A program made the translations under genes and the position numbers. Positions 37,551 through 46,709 of a stretch of 64,000 nucleotides of DNA are shown piece after piece. This DNA is from Candidatus Spyradenecus sp. (GTDB lineage: Bacteria > Verrucomicrobiota > Kiritimatiellia > RFP12 > DVOR01), in contig JAZLBT010000020.1 in the NCBI GenBank assembly GCA_045613865.1, positions 10,661-74,660 of the forward strand. Reading direction: 5' to 3'. The notes below the pieces were generated by a model, which was not told the origin of the DNA, searched no databases, and saw only the letters and a program-made list of their open reading frames with translations. Positions within the stretch are counted from its first letter, which is position 1. Each line of letters opens with the position of its first letter.

Positions 37551-39572
37551 TTATTGACGGTCTTGAATATCGCAAAGCTTACGATAAACGCCGCCCTTCG
37601 CATAGAGTTCATCATGGGTACCACGCTCGACAATTTCGCCTTGATCCAAGACAAGGATGCAATCTGCCATTTTAATCGTTGATAAACGATGGGCAATTGC
37701 AAAGGTGGTACGGTTTTTCATTAAATTATTAATTGCAGCCTGGACTTGCTGTTCTGTCACAGTATCCAATGCACTCGTGGCCTCATCAAGAATTAAGATC
37801 GGCGGATTGCGTAAAATTGCTCGAGCGATTGCAACGCGTTGACGTTCACCACCACTTAAAACAAAGCCCTTTTCACCAACAATACGCTGATAACCCTCGG
37901 GGTGTGCCACAATAAAGTCATGGGCATTAGCAAGCTTTGCAGCGTTTTCGATCTCTTCGCGGGTCGCATTAGGCGTACCATAAGCAATATTTTTTTCAAT
38001 CGTTGTATTGAAAAGAATAGCTTCTTGCGTAACCGCACCAATAATGTTACGAACGTCAGCAATCGCATACTTACGAATATCATTGCCATCTATTTCTACA
38101 CAACCTTCTGACACATCATAGAAACGCGCAAGAAGGTTGGCAATGGTCGACTTGCCCGAACCTGTCGATCCGACAACTGCATACATCTGACCACGTTTAA
38201 TTGTGAAGTTTGCATCCTTCACGATTTGCTTACCACCAGGTACATAGGCAAAATTAACGTGTTTAAAGCTAACCTCTTTTTCAAAGGTCTTTAATGGCAA
38301 TGGATTAGCATCTTCCTTCAACTCTTCATGAACATCAAGTAACGCGAAGATACGTTGCAATGCAGCTCGGCCACTTTCAATAGCAGCTTGGAGACGGCCA
38401 AGTTGCTTCATCGGCTTATACATAATGAGGAAGGGAGGAATCAAGGGAATAATCTCGTCTAAGCCATGGTCACAAGCGATACAATAGGCAACAAACCCAA
38501 GCGCCAAGAGAATCGCGACGGTTTCGGTCAAAGGCCCGACCAAGGTACTCAAGCGAACACCGCGCATACAAACCTTATAGGCTTGCAAGTTATGCGCATT
38601 GTATTTTTCAATTTCTTCAGCTTCTGTGTGATAGGCTTTAACAATACGAATACACGTTAAATTCTCATGGAAGTTTGAACCGATATTTGCACTCTGCTGG
38701 AGTAAGTTACGCGACCATTTACGGATAGACTTACCAATCCAAACCACAGGCAACATACACATCGGATAGCCGACAACAGCAACGACTAAAAGTGAAATCA
38801 TGTCGTTAATTACAGCATGGTAGCAAACAAATGCAACTGCTGTAATAATCTCAAAGGGAGCGCGACAAAGGTCGCTCATCGTTTGGCTAATCAACGTGCG
38901 AATCGTTTCAGGATCAGTCGTAGCGCGACTCATTAAACGACCCACATCACTGCGACCATGGAAGGTTAACGACTGTTGTTGAAGATGCTCAAACATGGCG
39001 TTACGCACATCCATCACAACGCGCATCCCTGCCTTCGCAAGAAGGTAATGGTTAAAATATTGCGTTGTCATTTTAAAAATAACACCCAAGACCATCACAA
39101 CCGCAAAAAGAATCATTGTTGTCTTTTGACTTTTAATTCCAAAAGACGAGGCGACTTCATTCACTTTTTCAATTTTCTTCTCAAGCTTTGCCGCTTCTTT
39201 ATCTTTTTGAGGCGTAGGTTCGGCGGCTTGAGAAGTAGGCTCGGCAATGGTAGAGGCCACAGTGGGTGCGACGTCTTGCGTAGCGGGGGTATCAACAACC
39301 GTGATTGCCGTTGATTCTGTCGTTGTCTCGGTCGAATTATCCGAGGAGGCAACATTTATCATACTATTAATCATCGGCTGAACAGAGGTGAAAATTGGCG
39401 TCCATGCACCACCTGTTAACATACCGAGAAGAGCACCTAGAAAAATAACTTTTTTAGAACGGCGCGCAAACCCCCAAAGGCGTCCATAGACTTCACGTGC
39501 AGTATATTCTTTATCAAACCATTCTTGTCCATAATCGGTAGCAATTTTATCTTTTTTCTTTTTCTTAGCCAT
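37551..39572 (-). CDS. ABC exporter, fused permease/ATPase (MsbA-like)
   Basis: Six-TM exporter domain plus an NBD with Walker A GSTGSGKST, signature LSGGERQR and Walker B ILILDEATS. A low-complexity Thr/Ala/Pro/Glu insert of about 70 aa follows TM1. Confidence 0.85.
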   Translation of the reverse strand: MAKKKKKDKIATDYGQEWFDKEYTAREVYGRLWGFARRSKKVIFLGALLGMLTGGAWTPIFTSVQPMINSMINVASSDNSTETTTESTAITVVDTPATQDVAPTVASTIAEPTSQAAEPTPQKDKEAAKLEKKIEKVNEVASSFGIKSQKTTMILFAVVMVLGVIFKMTTQYFNHYLLAKAGMRVVMDVRNAMFEHLQQQSLTFHGRSDVGRLMSRATTDPETIRTLISQTMSDLCRAPFEIITAVAFVCYHAVINDMISLLVVAVVGYPMCMLPVVWIGKSIRKWSRNLLQQSANIGSNFHENLTCIRIVKAYHTEAEEIEKYNAHNLQAYKVCMRGVRLSTLVGPLTETVAILLALGFVAYCIACDHGLDEIIPLIPPFLIMYKPMKQLGRLQAAIESGRAALQRIFALLDVHEELKEDANPLPLKTFEKEVSFKHVNFAYVPGGKQIVKDANFTIKRGQMYAVVGSTGSGKSTIANLLARFYDVSEGCVEIDGNDIRKYAIADVRNIIGAVTQEAILFNTTIEKNIAYGTPNATREEIENAAKLANAHDFIVAHPEGYQRIVGEKGFVLSGGERQRVAIARAILRNPPILILDEATSALDTVTEQQVQAAINNLMKNRTTFAIAHRLSTIKMADCILVLDQGEIVERGTHDELYAKGGVYRKLCDIQDRQ

Positions 39573-39692
39573 AACTCGAATCTCTTTTTAGGGGACAGGA
39601 AGGATGAAAAACAATCTTGATAGGTGATGCGAACATAACCTATCAAGAAAAAGAACGGTGCAAATGCACATGCACTTGCACCGTTATAACGC

Positions 39693-41552
39693 TTATTCAA
39701 TTTCAGCGATAGGCGAGCCCTTGGTGACGTTTTCACCAGCCTTAACAAGGAAGCGGACGATCTTGCAATCTTCCGTTGCCTTGACAGGGTTGAAGAGCTT
39801 CATTGCTTCCAAGCAGCAGACGGGGTCGCCAGCCTTGACAGTTGCGCCTTCTTCAACCATGACAGCCCCCGGCTTATCAGAGCGGTAGAAGGTACCCGTT
39901 AAGGTTGCATTCAACGTCTTTGCAGGTGCGGCAGTGGGAGCAGGAGCGGCCGCTTCAGTAGCAGGTGCAGCTTCCGTAGCAACAGGTGTTGCGAGTGCAG
40001 CAGCATCAACCTTGATGTTACCACCCAAGGAGCCAAAGAGGGAGACGAACTGCTTACCAATAACGGCAAACTTCGCATCATCAGCGGAAAGCGGTGCCGG
40101 CTTAGGAGCTTCTGCTTCAGCCTTTGCTTGAGCTTCAGCCTTTGCAATCGTCATTTCGCTATCTGCAGGGATAGGATCACGCTGATCTTCAGGCTTTGCA
40201 CGCCACTGGAAGTAGCCAAGAGCAACTTCAGGGAACATGCAGTAGCTGAGGATATCTTCTTCAGTTTGAATCAACTTCGGATCAAGAGCCTTTGCTGCTT
40301 CAGGCAAGCCAGGAGGCAAGAGGTCTGCAGGACGGCAAGTAATTGCCTTTTCGCCAGCGAGAATCTTCTTAGCGAGCTTTGCATCCACCGGAGCAGGAGA
40401 ACGGCCATACATACCCTTAACGTACTGCTTGGTTTCATTGGAGACCATGGAGTAACGTTCACCAGAGAGAACGTTGAGCACAGCCTGAACACCCATAATC
40501 TGGGAGGTCGGGGTGACCAACGGAGGATAACCCATATCCTTACGAACGCGAGGAAGTTCTTCCAACACTTCGGGGAGACGATCCAATGCATCCTGCTGAG
40601 CGAGCTGGCTACGAGTATTAGAAATCATACCACCAGGGATGTGGTGCAACAAAACCTGAACGTCAACAACTTCTGCATCAGCATTTGCCTTCAATGCACG
40701 TTCGGGCTTGAGCTTCTTGAAGTAATTGTCGATTTCCGTAATACGGTCGGTCTTAATGCCGGTTTCATAGCCAAGACCTTCAAAGATTGCGTGCATTGTA
40801 CCATGTGCAGGCTGAGAAGAGTAGCCAGAGAGCGTTGCCACAGAGCAGTCAATCGCACCAGCACCAGCTTCAACAGCAGCCATGTACATCGCAGGAGCCA
40901 TGCCCGAAGTCATGTGCGAGTGCATTTCGATGGGGAGATCAGGGAGTGCCTTCTTCAAGCCGGTAACCAACTTGCGAGCTTCAGCAGGCGTTAAAATGCC
41001 AGCCATATCCTTAATGGCGAGCGAGTCAATGCCCAAATCAACCTGCTGCTTAGCAAACTTCACATAGTTTTCAACCGTGTGAACAGGAGAGAAGGTGTAA
41101 CAAATCGTACCTTGTGCGTGACCGCCGTACTTCTTAACACCCTTAATTGCAGCTTCTAAGTTGCGGATATCGTTGAGCGCGTCAAAGCAACGGAAGATAT
41201 CCATGCCATTTTCGCACATCTTTGCAATGCAGCGATCCAAAACGTCATCTGGGTAGTGCTTGTAACCCAAGCAGTTCTGACCACGGAGCAACATTTGAAG
41301 CGGAGTCTTCTTGCAGACGGCCTTAATCTGGCGCAAACGTTCCCACGGATCTTCGCGGAGGAAGCGCATGCAAACGTCAAACGTTGCACCACCCCAGCAT
41401 TCGATTGCATAGAAGCCTGCATCATCTACTGCCTCAAGGATACCCAAGATATCCTTTGTGCGCATACGGGTTGCCCAGAGGGACTGGTGAGCATCACGAA
41501 GAGAAGTATCGATAAAACGAACTGTCTTCTTTTCAACTTTAGCCTTGGCCAT
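39693..41552 (-). CDS. Biotin-dependent carboxyltransferase with a fused biotinyl domain (OadA / PycB / 5S-subunit family)
   Basis: The N-terminal HMGL-like carboxyltransferase (FIDTSLRDAHQSL) is joined by an Ala/Pro-rich linker to a C-terminal biotinyl domain with LEAMKL. Start is tentative at ATG 41552 (MAKAKVEKK); the ORF is open to 41609. Confidence 0.82.
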   Translation of the reverse strand: MAKAKVEKKTVRFIDTSLRDAHQSLWATRMRTKDILGILEAVDDAGFYAIECWGGATFDVCMRFLREDPWERLRQIKAVCKKTPLQMLLRGQNCLGYKHYPDDVLDRCIAKMCENGMDIFRCFDALNDIRNLEAAIKGVKKYGGHAQGTICYTFSPVHTVENYVKFAKQQVDLGIDSLAIKDMAGILTPAEARKLVTGLKKALPDLPIEMHSHMTSGMAPAMYMAAVEAGAGAIDCSVATLSGYSSQPAHGTMHAIFEGLGYETGIKTDRITEIDNYFKKLKPERALKANADAEVVDVQVLLHHIPGGMISNTRSQLAQQDALDRLPEVLEELPRVRKDMGYPPLVTPTSQIMGVQAVLNVLSGERYSMVSNETKQYVKGMYGRSPAPVDAKLAKKILAGEKAITCRPADLLPPGLPEAAKALDPKLIQTEEDILSYCMFPEVALGYFQWRAKPEDQRDPIPADSEMTIAKAEAQAKAEAEAPKPAPLSADDAKFAVIGKQFVSLFGSLGGNIKVDAAALATPVATEAAPATEAAAPAPTAAPAKTLNATLTGTFYRSDKPGAVMVEEGATVKAGDPVCCLEAMKLFNPVKATEDCKIVRFLVKAGENVTKGSPIAEIE

Positions 41553-41813
41553 GGATTGTATTCCTTTCATAAAAAATGAAATTAGCTTACTACACAGGGT
41601 AGTAACCATATCTATTATCCCATTTTCATACCTAAAAGGTCAAGTCTAAAAAACGCCCCCCGCAAGACACGTTCGTGAAATTTCAAAGAATTCTCTAAAA
41701 CACCTTTATTTACAGCGGTTTCTCGCCTTTTTCAAGAGATTGTATATCCCCTTAAAAAAAGGTTTTAAATAGGAGGTTAAAAAAAGTTTCTTTTTTCGCG
41801 TAAAATTTCAGCA

Positions 41814-43304
41814 TTATTCAGCCGAGAGAAGATGTGCGCGAGAAGTATAAGTTGTATGCAAAAAGGTTTTTGCACGCGCACTCAATGGGGCGCCGTAAAA
41901 TGTCTCATAGAGTCTTTTAATGTCAGAATTTTCCGTGCTAACACGTTCTGCCAATGTAGAACATTGATCATCACGAGATTGTAAACTCTTGATTCTCGCT
42001 TGACGCATCGTTTTTGAAACATAAGGTTGAATCATTGAAAGAGGCATTCCACTTCCACCGATACAACCGCCTTCACATGCCATCACCTCAATTAAATCCG
42101 CCTTCAAAGTTCCATCAGTCAACGCTTTCAAAACGTTACGCGCGTTTGCCAAACCTTGCACAACCACGACCTTTACTTCGCGATTCGGAAGGAGTTGAAC
42201 CGTCGCTTGTTTCATCATCTCTCGCGTTGAAGGCAATCCACGTAATGCCGTTAACGTAAAGAAGTCTTTTGAAGGCAATTTACCATTTGCCATCACGTAC
42301 GCAGCGCGTAATAATGACTCCGCGACACCTCCCGTACGGCCAAATACAACCCCAGAAGAAGAGGGCGAACCCATAAGATCATCATATGTTGAGGTAGCCT
42401 TTGGATTGTATGTAATGCCCGCAGCTTTTATCCATTCTGGCAGTTCACGCAAAGTCACAACAACATCCATATCGCGATGTCCATGTACATTTAACTCCGG
42501 ACGCGCAATTTCATATTTCTTCGCAGGACATGGAGTAAGTGCGACATTAAAGATTTTCTCAGGCGCAATATTTTTAATCTTCGCAAAGTAGGATTTTATC
42601 GTAGCCCCCTGCATTGCAATCGGAGATTTAACAGGTGAGACATAGGGCAATAACGCTGGATAAAAGGTCTCGCAAAAGACAACCCACGAGGGACAACAAC
42701 TTGTGAACATTGGCAAAGGTGCAATCTGACGCTCCAATCGAGCGAGAAACTCTGCAGCTTCTTCCATGATTGTGATATCTGCACCAAAGCTTGTATCAAG
42801 CACAATATCCGCGCCTAATTGACGCATAAGCGCAACAACTTGCCTCTCACAATATTCGCCCGGAGCACCACCAAACATCTCAGCAAGTCCAACGCGAACC
42901 GATGGCGACGTGGAAACAACAATAACTTTCCCTGCGGCTTTTGCGGCTTGAACTTGTTGCCAATGTGAACGTATTGTAATTGCATCTCCCTCACAAACCG
43001 TTGAACATTGCCCGCAATAAACACAAATAGGATAATCTTTCGTCTTTTTCAAATCAAAGAATCCGTCGACTCCCATCTTTCGACGACAAATGGATTTACA
43101 CGCGCCACAATAGATACACTTTTGAGGATCAAAGCAAATTGCAGGATTTTGTTCATCAATAGGCACGCGGACATCACAACTTTCATAGCGTGAAGCAGCC
43201 TTTGCGTCTCGCAATGGAATCGCTAATGAAACACCCGTTGCGACCATCCATCGCAACCATGATCGGCGTGTTATTAACGTATGTAAAGGCGTTTCTTCTT
43301 TCAT
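41814..43304 (-). CDS. [FeFe]-hydrogenase catalytic subunit with an N-terminal twin-arginine signal
   Basis: Tat motif TRRSWLRW followed by AKA. Two 4Fe-4S ferredoxin motifs (CIYCGACKSIC, CVYCGQCSTVC). H-cluster motifs TSCCPSW, TPCPAKKYE and EVMACEGGCIGGSG. The C-terminal region is small-subunit-like. Confidence 0.85.
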   Translation of the reverse strand: MKEETPLHTLITRRSWLRWMVATGVSLAIPLRDAKAASRYESCDVRVPIDEQNPAICFDPQKCIYCGACKSICRRKMGVDGFFDLKKTKDYPICVYCGQCSTVCEGDAITIRSHWQQVQAAKAAGKVIVVSTSPSVRVGLAEMFGGAPGEYCERQVVALMRQLGADIVLDTSFGADITIMEEAAEFLARLERQIAPLPMFTSCCPSWVVFCETFYPALLPYVSPVKSPIAMQGATIKSYFAKIKNIAPEKIFNVALTPCPAKKYEIARPELNVHGHRDMDVVVTLRELPEWIKAAGITYNPKATSTYDDLMGSPSSSGVVFGRTGGVAESLLRAAYVMANGKLPSKDFFTLTALRGLPSTREMMKQATVQLLPNREVKVVVVQGLANARNVLKALTDGTLKADLIEVMACEGGCIGGSGMPLSMIQPYVSKTMRQARIKSLQSRDDQCSTLAERVSTENSDIKRLYETFYGAPLSARAKTFLHTTYTSRAHLLSAE

Positions 43305-43376
43305 CTTGAGAATGACTATACTAAAAATTTAAGACGAACGCAATCCATTCAATCAAAAAGTATTCCCTTCTCTTCG

Positions 43377-44222
43377 TTATTTAGATGGTAATTCAAGAAG
43401 TTTACCCTCTATCGCATCATCTTGATAAAGACGGACATAGTCAACATAAAACGAGCGTGGATAATCAAGCGGGTCTGGCGTTTCTGCCCATCCATCAAGT
43501 GCAAGATTAAGAATAAAATAAAAGGTCCCTTCTCGGAAAGGATTTTTTCCATCTGCCGATGTAACAGCATCAAGAGCATAACTAAAAATTAATGTTTTGT
43601 CATAAAAAATTTCAATCTTCTCTGGGGTCCAATTCAACTCATAGATATGCCAATCCCCTGCAACAGGTACAGATGCTTGATAGGGATTCGTTGTACTCAG
43701 ATAAACATCATCTTTGTTGTAATGAAGTGTCGCATGAACAAGTTGAGGATCCTGCGAAACATACTCCAAAATATCAATCTCACCACATGCTGGCCATCCA
43801 CCAGGATTATTACCAATCATCCACAAAGCAGGCCATACCCCTTGCCCAGCTTCTACCTTTGCGCGAATTTCAACACGACCATATCGAAAAGCAACCTTGC
43901 CGCGGCTATTGATTGAACCAGAGGTATACATTGCTTCTTTGCGATTCTTTCGCCAGTCTTTACTTTCTGGTTTATAATCCTGATTCTCGTATGCCTCATG
44001 ATAGGCCGTTAACGTGAGTGCACCCTCTTTAATCGAGAGATTTTTAGGCCGACTAGTGTAAATTTGTGCAGCTTCGATATTCCGTACAAAGTTAACCTCA
44101 GGCGTCCAATACGTAGTATCCAATGTTGAAGAATTAAACTCCTCATGCCAAACACACGTCTCTGCAGCTTTACTCATAAGAGAAACGCATATTAAACAAA
44201 AAACAATTCCTAATTTACACAT
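43377..44222 (-). CDS. Secreted glycoside hydrolase family 16 (beta-glucanase/laminarinase-like)
   Basis: Signal peptide MCKLGIVFCLICVSLMSKA and the GH16 catalytic motif GEIDILE. Start set to ATG 44222 with GGAGG upstream. Confidence 0.8.
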   Translation of the reverse strand: MCKLGIVFCLICVSLMSKAAETCVWHEEFNSSTLDTTYWTPEVNFVRNIEAAQIYTSRPKNLSIKEGALTLTAYHEAYENQDYKPESKDWRKNRKEAMYTSGSINSRGKVAFRYGRVEIRAKVEAGQGVWPALWMIGNNPGGWPACGEIDILEYVSQDPQLVHATLHYNKDDVYLSTTNPYQASVPVAGDWHIYELNWTPEKIEIFYDKTLIFSYALDAVTSADGKNPFREGTFYFILNLALDGWAETPDPLDYPRSFYVDYVRLYQDDAIEGKLLELPSK

Positions 44223-44239
44223 TATTCCTTCCTCCGTTT

Positions 44240-45004
44240 TTAATTTTGCATAAGTGTTGACGCATTTGGTTCCCACGTTGCGTCCTTTGCCGTCCACGTC
44301 GGACGAACAGTTCTAAAATGGTAATCTCCAAATGACAATGAAACTGCACGTAACGCTTGATTCGGCAGACGTAACGCACGTTTATCTTCCTCTGTCAAAG
44401 AATCCTCTCTAAAACGCAAAAAGCGCTCTGGGTCGGTATGATAAATCTTATCTCCAATCACAGGAAATCCAAGCGTTGATAATGTGGCGCGAATCTGATG
44501 TGTACGCCCCGTCACAAGTTCAGCTTCAATAAGCGATGTGTTTGGCCACGGTCCTTCCCCTAAGCGTCTTAACCATGTTGCAGCACCTCTATCCGCAGAA
44601 AGTGTAGGTAACGTTTCACACAATTGCGCATGATAAAGACGACGCATAGAATATACTGGCGGTTCATTTGTTCGATGAATCTCCCCTACTGCACACCAAC
44701 GCCCAGTTGGGAAGTTCCCTTCTACAAGAACATGATAAATCTTTTCCTTCCTACACTTTCCAAGAATCGCAGCTGTAACAGGATCCTTCGCAACAAGCAC
44801 AAGTCCACTCGTCTCACGATCAAGACGTGAAACAAGATGAATGCTGTTCCCAGGACGAGAACGTTTAAGAATTGTATCCAATGTGTGAAAGCGATAACTT
44901 CCACTGCTATGCACGGGTAAATCCGCAGGTTTATCAATAACGATAAATCGTTCGTTCTCGTATACCCAACGGATATCCACATTGACTGGCGGATCAATAC
45001 GCAC
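44240..45004 (-). CDS. RluA-family pseudouridine synthase
   Basis: Catalytic motif SRLDRETSGLVLVAK, and HQIRATL near the C-terminus. Start is tentative at GTG 45004 (GAGGG 5 nt upstream); the track ORF extends to 45088 inside folC. Confidence 0.78.
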   Translation of the reverse strand: MRIDPPVNVDIRWVYENERFIVIDKPADLPVHSSGSYRFHTLDTILKRSRPGNSIHLVSRLDRETSGLVLVAKDPVTAAILGKCRKEKIYHVLVEGNFPTGRWCAVGEIHRTNEPPVYSMRRLYHAQLCETLPTLSADRGAATWLRRLGEGPWPNTSLIEAELVTGRTHQIRATLSTLGFPVIGDKIYHTDPERFLRFREDSLTEEDKRALRLPNQALRAVSLSFGDYHFRTVRPTWTAKDATWEPNASTLMQN

Positions 45005-46319
45005 GAATACCCTCACTTGGATCCAACATCTCTCCCTCGTCTTCACCTCGCAAGAGAAGTACCTCGCCCACGAGGAAAAGAGACCCACAAATTACAACGG
45101 TGCCTTGATTTTCTTGAGCCCACATTGTTGCAGCATCTAATCCCGCCTCAACAGAATCCATCGCAACAACGGTACGTTGTCCCAAGCCTCGAACCAATTG
45201 TGCAAGCTCTTCAGGGGATAACGAGCGTTCATTTGCAATTGGCACCGTCCAAACAGCAGAGACAATAGGCAACATCTCCTTTAACGCATCCGCCACTGCT
45301 TTGTCCGCACAAAAACCACACACCAATGCCACGCGACGACGAACATGCATTGACTTCAAGGATGCACACAATGCCGCTAAAGCATCAGGATTGTGTCCTC
45401 CATCAAGAAATGTCGGTGGATCATTTGCGATAAGCTGACAACGGCCTGGCCACTGAACAGTTCGCAATGCCTCAACAAATGCCTTTGGAGGGACATCAAT
45501 ACCGCAAGCAGATAAATGCTCCAAAGCACAAAGAACTGTCGCTGCATTTTCGGTTTGATACGTCCCTGAGAGTCGCGTTAATGCAGGAGGATAATCCATT
45601 TGTTGCGAAGTGCACTTCAATGTCTGACCTTGCAACGTACGCCGATGAACCGAAACAGAGATTTCATTTGATGCATCATAAAGAGGTGCATGATGCTCCA
45701 AGGCAACTTGTGCAATAACAGCTTTAGCTCGCGCATCCATTGCTCCAATAACAATAGGACGTCCAGGCTTAATAATTCCTGCTTTCTCATAAGCGATCTT
45801 TTCAATGGTGTCACCGAGAATCGCACAATGATCCAATGCCACATGGGTGATAATCGAAAGAAGCGGTGCCTCAATAACGTTCGTTGCATCCCAACGACCT
45901 CCCATGCCGACCTCGCAAACAACAATCTTTACGCCTGCCGTCTGAAAGACGAGCCACGCACATGCAGTTAAAACTTCAAAAAAGGTGGGCTCAAGATTAT
46001 GAGCCTCTGCAACAGCCTCTACACGATTCAATGCTTCATCAAGTGTAGCATCACTGACAGATGCCCCATTCACAAAGAAACGTTCATTCACATGCACCAA
46101 ATGCGGAGAGGTATAACGCGCAACAGGCAAACCCATAATTCGAAGCGCTGCTTCGCAAAGCGCGGCAACACTTCCCTTACCATTCGTTCCTGCAATATGA
46201 ATTACTGCAAACGTTCGCTCGGGATGCCCTAATGCTTCACAAAGCGCCTGCATCGTATCCAACGTTGGGCGAATACCAAATTTACGACGCGCAGCAAGGC
46301 GTTCTAAAAAAGGTTTCAT
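44994..46319 (-). CDS. folC: Folylpolyglutamate synthase / dihydrofolate synthase
   Basis: Mur-ligase P-loop HIAGTNGKGS and FolC domain order. Start set to ATG 46319 (MKPFLERL) with AAGGAGAG upstream. Confidence 0.85.
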   Translation of the reverse strand: MKPFLERLAARRKFGIRPTLDTMQALCEALGHPERTFAVIHIAGTNGKGSVAALCEAALRIMGLPVARYTSPHLVHVNERFFVNGASVSDATLDEALNRVEAVAEAHNLEPTFFEVLTACAWLVFQTAGVKIVVCEVGMGGRWDATNVIEAPLLSIITHVALDHCAILGDTIEKIAYEKAGIIKPGRPIVIGAMDARAKAVIAQVALEHHAPLYDASNEISVSVHRRTLQGQTLKCTSQQMDYPPALTRLSGTYQTENAATVLCALEHLSACGIDVPPKAFVEALRTVQWPGRCQLIANDPPTFLDGGHNPDALAALCASLKSMHVRRRVALVCGFCADKAVADALKEMLPIVSAVWTVPIANERSLSPEELAQLVRGLGQRTVVAMDSVEAGLDAATMWAQENQGTVVICGSLFLVGEVLLLRGEDEGEMLDPSEGIRAY

Positions 46320-46399
46320 GTGGCCTCTCTCCTTATGAAAAGCAAAGCACACCCGACGAATCGGATGTGCCATTGCGATGCTGTAGAAGCATTTGCGAC

Positions 46400-46603
46400 T
46401 TACTTAGCGCACGCGGCCTTAGTCTTGACCGGGGTGCGAAGAAAATCACGAATCTGGACAGCGTTGAGCTTGGCGACGACAGCTTCGTCCATGCCAAGAG
46501 CCACGAGGCGCTTACGCTGCACTGCATCACGGCGACGACGATCGCCTGCAGACTTCACCGGGCGAGTAGCCGGCTTCTTATTGAGTGTACGTCCAGTTCC
46601 CAT
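46400..46603 (-). CDS. Small basic hypothetical protein (67 aa)
   Basis: MGTGRTLNKKPATRPVKSAGDRRRRDAVQRKRLVALGMDEAVVAKLNAVQIRDFLRTPVKTKAACAK. GGAGG lies 7 nt upstream of ATG 46603. I recognise no family. Confidence 0.5.
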   Translation of the reverse strand: MGTGRTLNKKPATRPVKSAGDRRRRDAVQRKRLVALGMDEAVVAKLNAVQIRDFLRTPVKTKAACAK

Positions 46604-46709
46604 TTTAAATCCTCCGAATCTCTGGATAAGCGGTGTAAAAAGATGCAACAAGATACCATAAAGTCATCCCCTCCGTCAAGTATTATTTTAACGAAGGGGA
46701 TTTTTATCC

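Noticed and set aside
37538-37702. N-terminal extensions in the ORF track. Examples: tricorn to 37702, nadA to 19743, the NYN protein to 17621, GH16 to 44297, folC to 46373, dprA from 23765, yejB from 29870, the thioredoxin-like gene to 14840.
   Set aside because: In each case the extension overlaps the upstream gene. An internal ATG or GTG with a good SD gives a canonical N-terminus: a signal peptide, a family-typical start, or an ATGA/TAATG coupling.
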